From: an uncultured Veillonellaceae bacterium | Lineage (GTDB): Bacteria > Bacillota > Negativicutes > JARBTT01 | DNA length: 64,000 nucleotides | Assembly: GCA_963805085.1 (NCBI GenBank) | Contig: CAWDTA010000002.1 | Span: forward strand, 1,280,001 to 1,344,000 | Direction of reading: 5' to 3' | In this document: piece after piece, positions 57,959 through 64,000 of the stretch | Position numbering within the stretch: the stretch's first letter is position 1 | Layout of the letters: every line of letters starts with the position of its first letter | The notes under the pieces: model-generated | Told to the model about the DNA's origin: nothing | What the model saw: the letters and a program-made list of their open reading frames with translations, nothing else | Database searches by the model: none | Position numbers and translations under genes: made by a program

Positions 57959-59050
57959 ATGATCAAAGGGTGTCCTGTTCTTGAAATAGATTTAGATAAA
58001 ATTACTGAAAATACATATAGAATAGTAAACAGATGTAATGAAAGGGGGATTAAGGTTATTGGTGTTACCAAAGGGTTTTGTGCAATGCATCAAATTGTTG
58101 ATGCATTGATTGCAGGAGGTATTGAAGAGCTAGCTGACTCTAGGATGGAGAATATCATTGAGCTGAGAGAAAGACAGCTTTATACTCCAATTACTTTATT
58201 GAGGATTCCTCGTCTGAGCAATGTAAAGAATGTAATACAGTATGTCAATACTAGTGTCAATTCGGAAATTTCAGTTATAAGGGCCTTAGCTAACGCAGCT
58301 ATCGATGTTAATAAAGTACATAGAATCATTCTGATGGTGGATTTAGGTGATTTACGTGAAGGGATTATGCAGGAAAATGTGTTAGATACCGTATCACAGA
58401 TTAGTAAGTTATCTGGGGTAACTCTTGTTGGACTAGGAACTAATATGGGATGTTTTGGTGGGGTACTGCCAAGCGTAAATAACTTAGGTCTTTTAGCTGA
58501 AATAGGATTAGCTGTGGAAAATCAGATAGGGAGAAAACTTGAGCTTGTTTCTGGTGGTGGTACGTCTACATTATTGCTAGTAGAAAACGGTAGTATACCT
58601 GAAGCAATCAATCAACTGAGAATTGGTGAAGGAATTTTACTTGGAACAGACACAACAAATAATCGAATAATTCCTTGGCTATATCAAGACACATTTACTA
58701 TTAGTGCTGAAGTAATTGAGGTAAAAGATAAACCTTCTGTTCCAATAGGAAAAATCGGAAAGGATGCTTTTGGCAATGTTCCTAAGTTTAATGATGTGGG
58801 AATACGAAAGAGAGCCATTTTGGCATTAGGAAGGCAAGATGTATATATTGAAGGGATTTTTCCATTGGATAAAAATTTGAGTATACTGGGTGCTAGTAGC
58901 GATCATACGATTGTAGATATCACAGAGACAAGCAAAGATATTGCAGTTGGTGATAGAATGGTTTTTGGCTTAACGTATCCGGGGTTACTTTCAGCAACTG
59001 ATTCAAAATATGTCAAAAGCCACTTCAAAGGAGGTATGTATATATCATGA
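57959..59050 (+). CDS. Alanine/ornithine racemase family PLP-dependent enzyme (Orr-like)
   Basis: GVTKG (PLP Lys), LADSR..N, MVDLGDLREG, GTN.GCFGG, SGGG, LRIGE.ILLG and GASSDH. Confidence 0.85.
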   Translation: MIKGCPVLEIDLDKITENTYRIVNRCNERGIKVIGVTKGFCAMHQIVDALIAGGIEELADSRMENIIELRERQLYTPITLLRIPRLSNVKNVIQYVNTSVNSEISVIRALANAAIDVNKVHRIILMVDLGDLREGIMQENVLDTVSQISKLSGVTLVGLGTNMGCFGGVLPSVNNLGLLAEIGLAVENQIGRKLELVSGGGTSTLLLVENGSIPEAINQLRIGEGILLGTDTTNNRIIPWLYQDTFTISAEVIEVKDKPSVPIGKIGKDAFGNVPKFNDVGIRKRAILALGRQDVYIEGIFPLDKNLSILGASSDHTIVDITETSKDIAVGDRMVFGLTYPGLLSATDSKYVKSHFKGGMYIS

Positions 59051-59496
59051 AGGTTGATTTATTACAGACGGTAGATTTATCTTCAATTACTCGTTTGGTG
59101 CAATTAGAACGAGAAGCTTTTGGTATAGGGGGACTAAATGAATGGCATCTTGTGCCTTTTATTAGGCATGGTAAGGTATATATTATTCGGCAGAAGGAGG
59201 AAATTGTGGGATTAATTCAATATATGCGAGATTGGGATACCCCACGTAAAGCATACTTGATGGGAGTGTCAATCGCAAAAGAAATGAGAGGTAAAGGGCT
59301 CGGAACAACATTAATACGTGCCAGTTTGCAAGAGATAAAAAAAGAAGATATAGTAGAAGTTGAATTGACTGTAGACCCTGAAAATCAAAATGCAATCAAA
59401 GTTTATAATGAAAAGTTAGGATTTGTAATGAAAGAAACAAGAATCGATGAATATGGTGCAGGTGAAAAACGCCTGGTGATGCACTTATCGTTATAG
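59047..59496 (+). CDS. GNAT family N-acetyltransferase
   Basis: RGKGLG acetyl-CoA loop and LTV.P.N..AI..Y..KLGF. 4-bp ATGA overlap with the racemase. Confidence 0.9.
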   Translation: MKVDLLQTVDLSSITRLVQLEREAFGIGGLNEWHLVPFIRHGKVYIIRQKEEIVGLIQYMRDWDTPRKAYLMGVSIAKEMRGKGLGTTLIRASLQEIKKEDIVEVELTVDPENQNAIKVYNEKLGFVMKETRIDEYGAGEKRLVMHLSL

Positions 59497-59734
59497 ATAA
59501 AATAGTGGTTTGTTAGAGTATAAGATCAGTATCAACCATACGTATTTGAAAAATCTGAGATGCCAGTGAGGACATTATCTATGGGGAATTTGTACGTTAA
59601 AATATGGCTATAAAAGATAAAACAATTAATGAAATCATAGCAACGGTGTGGATGATTGATGTTACTTCTTACGAACTGGATATTTCTAATAGGGATAAGT
59701 GTTGAGAAGCTTAAAAACCAGTAGAAACAGAATG

Positions 59735-59892
59735 GTTATTGAAACCTATAAAACGACAAAACAAGTACGTGTATAAGATGATGTGGAAAATGGCGATAGT
59801 CGTGATGCTGTGGAAAAGGATAAGGATGGCATGATAGACTGCAGTTTAAAACGTGTCTCCGAACATTTGGTCGCAGTAAAAAATCTTGATAT
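59735..59892 (+). pseudogene. Decayed relic of the 3' part of the 50946-51643 gene
   Basis: tggaaaatgg..cgtgatgctgtgga.aa.gataaggatggcatgata....tttaaaacgtgt.tccga matches 51536-51645, and ttattgaaac.tat matches 51339. Confidence 0.75.
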
Positions 59893-59907
59893 ATTAAAGC
59901 AAAAAAT

Positions 59908-59960
59908 AAATGTGTAAGTTCTTTTCGTTTTTTATACGAATGTAGAACTTACACATTTTT
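59908..59960. terminator. Bidirectional terminator downstream of the RND gene
   Basis: aaatgtgtaagttct ... agaacttacacattt. Confidence 0.7.
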
Positions 59961-60028
59961 ATAAAACATACTATTGGTAATTCTGCTTGGTATCATTATC
60001 GACTAAGGAATGTTAAGTATTGGTACTA

Positions 60029-63000
60029 TTATAAATGAGGGGAAAATGAATTGTCTGGTGGTTCATTTTGCTTTGACGGAATGATTTGCGGTGGATTGCT
60101 TGCCTGCACTTTAAACCATGTCGCATACATAGTCGGTAAAACAAGCAACGTCAATAATGTAGCACCAAATAATCCACCAGCAATGGCTACTGCCATCGGA
60201 CCCCAGAAAGTACTCGCTATTAGAGGAATCATTCCTAATATGGCGGCCGCAGCAGTAAGCATAATAGGACGAAATCTTAGTATAGTCGAATCAATAATAG
60301 CATTCCACGGCGACTCACCGGCTTTTATATGCTGCTCAATTTGATCAATCAAGATAACCGAGTTTCGTATAATCATACCACTAAGAGCCAAAATACCCAG
60401 TTCGGAAACGAATCCCATAGGTCGCTGCGTCAACAGCATTGCTATACTGACACCAATTATACCAAGTGGTGCAGTTAGTACTGTCAAAAACATTAGAGAC
60501 ATCTTCTGAAGTTGAAACATTAAGAGTGTAATAATAATTATGATCATGGCTGGCACTGGTTGTAATAAATATCCGATGGATTTTTGACTATTTTCGAGTG
60601 AGCCAGCGATTGTGATACTATAGCCTGGCGGCAAATTATTACGCAAATCTTTGAGGTTTTCGTATACCTGTTTGGCCGCATCGTTTCCAGTTACCCCCTG
60701 AGTTACGTCAGCCTGTACTGTAATTGCAGGTTTAAGATCACGTCGCCAAATCAAACCATCCTCGGCCTCATAGCTTATTTTGGCAATCTGCTCCAAAGGA
60801 ACAAATTTGCCATTGCCAATATGGATATTAAGATCTTTTATATGAGATAAATCGTTTCGATTTTGGGGATCAATACGAAAGACAACATCAACGGTTTTAT
60901 CTTTCTCACGGAACTCAGATATATCTGCACCTGATAGCTGCGTTTGCAAACTAGTTGCTAACGATTGACTATCAATTCCTAACATTCTAGCTTTGTCTTG
61001 ATCAACAGACAAATGCATGGTTTTGATCTTTTCATTCCAGTCAAAATTAATACCAGTAATGTTAGGATTAGCTGCCATTGCTTCACTCACCTGTTGGGAA
61101 ATCTCCCTTACCTTGTCGTGGTCATATCCTGCGACACGCAGCATGACAGGATAGGGTGATGGTGGTCCAGTCTGGATTAATTTGGTATGTCCACGTACAT
61201 TTGCGAAGTCCTCAATAAATAAATTATTTATTTTTTTATTTAATACTTCACGTGCTTCTGTATTTTTAGCTACAATAACAAACTGAGCATAATTGTTCGC
61301 TGGAAGTTTAGGATCACTAGTTAACACAAACCGGGGAGCACCTTTTCCCACATAATAGCTGTAATTTTCAATGTTAGCATCATTAGCAAGGCACTGAGCA
61401 AACCTTTGGGCTTCCTGTTCGGTCGCCTGGAGAGAAGCTCCTTCCGGCAAAGTCATTTCTACAATAAGCTCAGGACGTATGGATGGTGGAAAAAATTCTT
61501 GCTTTACAAACTTCAAAAGAAAAATAGAACAAACAAAGCATAGCATTGTTATACCAAGCACCAGCTTACGACGATCTAAACACCAGATTAGTACCCGCCG
61601 AAACAACCGGTAAAACTTTGTATCATATATATCATGACCAGTGTTGGCTGTAGGTTTAACCTTTATCAATCTAGATCCTAAAAGTGGCGTTACCAAGACT
61701 GATACCAGCCAAGATATCAGTAAAGCTATGGTTATTACTTTGAAAATAGAATTGGTAAACTCCGCGGCACTCCCTTTGGCAAAACCTATGGGTATAAAAC
61801 CTGCACACGTGATCAAAGTTCCCGTCAGCATGGGAAAAGCAGTAGCAGTGTAGGCAAAGCAAGCTGCCTTAAACATATCCCAACCTTGTTCCAGTTTCAC
61901 GCTCATCATTTCTACAGCAATAATTGCATCATCTACCAACAATCCCAATGCAATTATGAGTGCACCTAATGAAATTTTGTGCAAATCAATCCCCATGATT
62001 TGCATACAAGCAAATACACCGGCTATTACCAGTGGAATACATAGAGCAACTACTACACCAGAACGTACGCCAAGACTTATAAAGCAGACAATCAACACAA
62101 TGATGATTGCCTCGCGCAATGATTTTACAAATTCACCAATAGATTCCTCAACTACTTTGGGCTGGTTTGATACTTGATTGATTTCAAAGCCAAGGGGTAA
62201 ATCATGCTTAATTTGATCAATAGTTTTACTTAACTCTGTACCTAGTGTAAGAATATTTCCACCCTTATCCATCGATATGGAGATTCCGATGGCAGGTTGA
62301 CCATTATAATACATTTTAGGCTCAATTGGATCAGTATAACTACGCTGAACTTTAGCAATATCACCCAATCGAAAGGTGCGGTCATTAGCACGAATTGGCA
62401 GATTACGAATACTATCTATATCATCAAACATGCCGCTGACGCGTAAGTAAACATTGTCAGACGAGGTTTCGATCATTCCTGATGAGGTCATTGCATCTTG
62501 TGTTTTCACAGAGTTGATAATTAGATTGGGATCAATACCAAGTTGAGCTAACTTGCTGCTCTCCATTTCAATATAAATTTTCTCATCCTGCACACCAAGC
62601 AGTTCTACTTTTTTTATGTTGGAAATTCCCAGTAAAGTCCTGCGTATTTTCTCTGCTCTATCGCGCATTTCTTCATAGGTAAATCCATCAGTTGTAAGTG
62701 CATAAATTGAGCCAAAAACATCATCAAATCTGTCATTAAAAGAGGGGCCAACTACTCCCTGAGGTAACGTACTTTTTATATCATTGACCATGTTACGTAT
62801 TTCCACCCAGGTTGGTCTAATATCTTTTTCACTTACCTCACTTTTTAAGTTTACATAGATCACTGCCTGCCCTGGCTGTGAATAACTTTTCAAGTAATCC
62901 ATTCCAGGTGTATCTTGAAGCTTTTTTTCTATTTTGTCGGTTACCTGTTCTTCCACCTGGCGAGCACTGGCACCTGGCCAAGACACTGAGACAATCATTT

Positions 63001-63139
63001 GGCGAATGACAAAATCGGGATCTTCCATTCTTCCTAAACGAGTATACGAAAATATTCCCATTACAAAAGTTGCAATGATGAAATAATAGATAAGCTGTTT
63101 ATGATTAAGCGCCCATGCTGTCAAATTGATCTGTTTCAT
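60029..63139 (-). CDS. RND efflux permease (AcrB/AcrD/AcrF family)
   Basis: EDP.F, PGAS...VE..VT..IE, LGLLVDDAII and R.RPIMLT. Confidence 0.95.
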   Translation of the reverse strand: MKQINLTAWALNHKQLIYYFIIATFVMGIFSYTRLGRMEDPDFVIRQMIVSVSWPGASARQVEEQVTDKIEKKLQDTPGMDYLKSYSQPGQAVIYVNLKSEVSEKDIRPTWVEIRNMVNDIKSTLPQGVVGPSFNDRFDDVFGSIYALTTDGFTYEEMRDRAEKIRRTLLGISNIKKVELLGVQDEKIYIEMESSKLAQLGIDPNLIINSVKTQDAMTSSGMIETSSDNVYLRVSGMFDDIDSIRNLPIRANDRTFRLGDIAKVQRSYTDPIEPKMYYNGQPAIGISISMDKGGNILTLGTELSKTIDQIKHDLPLGFEINQVSNQPKVVEESIGEFVKSLREAIIIVLIVCFISLGVRSGVVVALCIPLVIAGVFACMQIMGIDLHKISLGALIIALGLLVDDAIIAVEMMSVKLEQGWDMFKAACFAYTATAFPMLTGTLITCAGFIPIGFAKGSAAEFTNSIFKVITIALLISWLVSVLVTPLLGSRLIKVKPTANTGHDIYDTKFYRLFRRVLIWCLDRRKLVLGITMLCFVCSIFLLKFVKQEFFPPSIRPELIVEMTLPEGASLQATEQEAQRFAQCLANDANIENYSYYVGKGAPRFVLTSDPKLPANNYAQFVIVAKNTEAREVLNKKINNLFIEDFANVRGHTKLIQTGPPSPYPVMLRVAGYDHDKVREISQQVSEAMAANPNITGINFDWNEKIKTMHLSVDQDKARMLGIDSQSLATSLQTQLSGADISEFREKDKTVDVVFRIDPQNRNDLSHIKDLNIHIGNGKFVPLEQIAKISYEAEDGLIWRRDLKPAITVQADVTQGVTGNDAAKQVYENLKDLRNNLPPGYSITIAGSLENSQKSIGYLLQPVPAMIIIIITLLMFQLQKMSLMFLTVLTAPLGIIGVSIAMLLTQRPMGFVSELGILALSGMIIRNSVILIDQIEQHIKAGESPWNAIIDSTILRFRPIMLTAAAAILGMIPLIASTFWGPMAVAIAGGLFGATLLTLLVLPTMYATWFKVQASNPPQIIPSKQNEPPDNSFSPHL

Positions 63140-63999
63140 TGGTCAGCACCTGCAGTTCGTACCTTTTGTCCTTCCTGCAACTTGTGTACACCAGCGATTA
63201 CAATCATATCCCCATCATTGAGCCCTTCCAGAACCTTAACTTTGTTGTCACCAAAAACGTCGATTTTGATCGGTTTTAAATTTACTATATCGTTATGAAC
63301 AACCCAGACACTCGGTGTATCTCCGGTCTGGTATAAAGCAGATAGGGGAATATAGGTTGCTCTTTGACTATCTGCACTATTAACCGTCACAGTAGCCGTC
63401 ATGCCCAAGTTTATTTCCTGTGGCGGATTTACTAAACTAATTCGTACTTTATATGTACGGGATACTTTATCCGCCATGGGCGAAATTTCTCGTACTTTGC
63501 CAGTGATAGCAATCTCTGGCAAAGCCCAAAATGTAACTTTGAGTTGTTGCGCTTTGCGCAGTTCTTCAATCCGATTTTCAGGGACATTGATTTCTATTTC
63601 CCGTTCGCCATCCTGCACAATGGTCAGCACCGTTTGTCCAGCACTGACCACTTGCCCTATCTCAGCGACAATGTCGGAAACGATACCTGGTTTATCGGCA
63701 CATAGGAGGCTATAATCGAGCTTGTTGGCACCTTGAGTATACTGAGCCGAAGCCTGTTGTAGCGTTGCTACGGCGACATCATAGGCACTGGCATATTGAT
63801 CATATGTCATGCGCCCGACAGCACCTTGTTCATAGAGTTGCCGATAGCGGTCCAAATTGCTTTCAGCCAGACGGAGCTGTGATTCAGCGGAGGATACTTG
63901 GGCAGATGTGCTGTTAACGGTTTGTTGAATATCTTTGGGATCAATCTGCATCAGTACATCGCCAGCGTTTATTATACTGCCCAGCTCGATATTTCTCTT
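63136..63999 (-). CDS. RND periplasmic adaptor (membrane fusion protein), 5'-truncated by window edge
   Basis: Frame is open to the window end. Coiled hairpin, lipoyl-like G.V......GQVV.AG, GM.A.V and V..GL..GD.IV..G. Confidence 0.92.
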   Translation of the reverse strand, partial: KRNIELGSIINAGDVLMQIDPKDIQQTVNSTSAQVSSAESQLRLAESNLDRYRQLYEQGAVGRMTYDQYASAYDVAVATLQQASAQYTQGANKLDYSLLCADKPGIVSDIVAEIGQVVSAGQTVLTIVQDGEREIEINVPENRIEELRKAQQLKVTFWALPEIAITGKVREISPMADKVSRTYKVRISLVNPPQEINLGMTATVTVNSADSQRATYIPLSALYQTGDTPSVWVVHNDIVNLKPIKIDVFGDNKVKVLEGLNDGDMIVIAGVHKLQEGQKVRTAGADQ

Positions 64000-64000
64000 A

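Overview
Chromosomal window from a low-GC anaerobic Firmicute. It is most likely a spore-forming diderm Negativicute (Sporomusaceae/Selenomonadales-like); this is inferred from sigmaA/sigmaH/sigmaE-type promoters, addAB, a dacB/pdaB-like pair and an RND pump. The core backbone comprises a DcuC-type transporter, MFS+TetR, usp, a PflD-like glycyl radical enzyme with activase and DeoR, an LTA-synthase-like gene, cheR, sbcDC-addBA, corA, four tRNAs (Ser-TGA, Ser-GCT, Cys-GCA, Arg-ACG), zwf-pgl-gnd, dinB, 6S RNA, a ytpB-like terpene synthase, busR-opu osmolyte ABC, PBP2, an ornithine-racemase-like gene + GNAT, and an RND pump. The most notable signals are: (1) an unannotated MgtL-like leader peptide (MDVDPPS...) with mutually exclusive hairpins gating the corA RBS; (2) a duplicated, architecture-conserved cluster of about 13 DnaA boxes with no dnaA gene in the window; (3) a ~9.2 kb island at tRNA-Ser carrying a LuxI/FeeM-fold acyl-synthase-cNMP fusion, two multi-TM kinases with near-identical kinase domains but divergent sensors, a response regulator and a GGDEF-EAL protein; (4) an orphan aegerolysin/Cry34-like gene; (5) an unassigned rod-like structured RNA candidate; (6) several MITE/REP-like repeats. 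No CRISPR array, rRNA, or intact transposase or integrase was seen. All family calls come from motif recognition by eye, not database searches.
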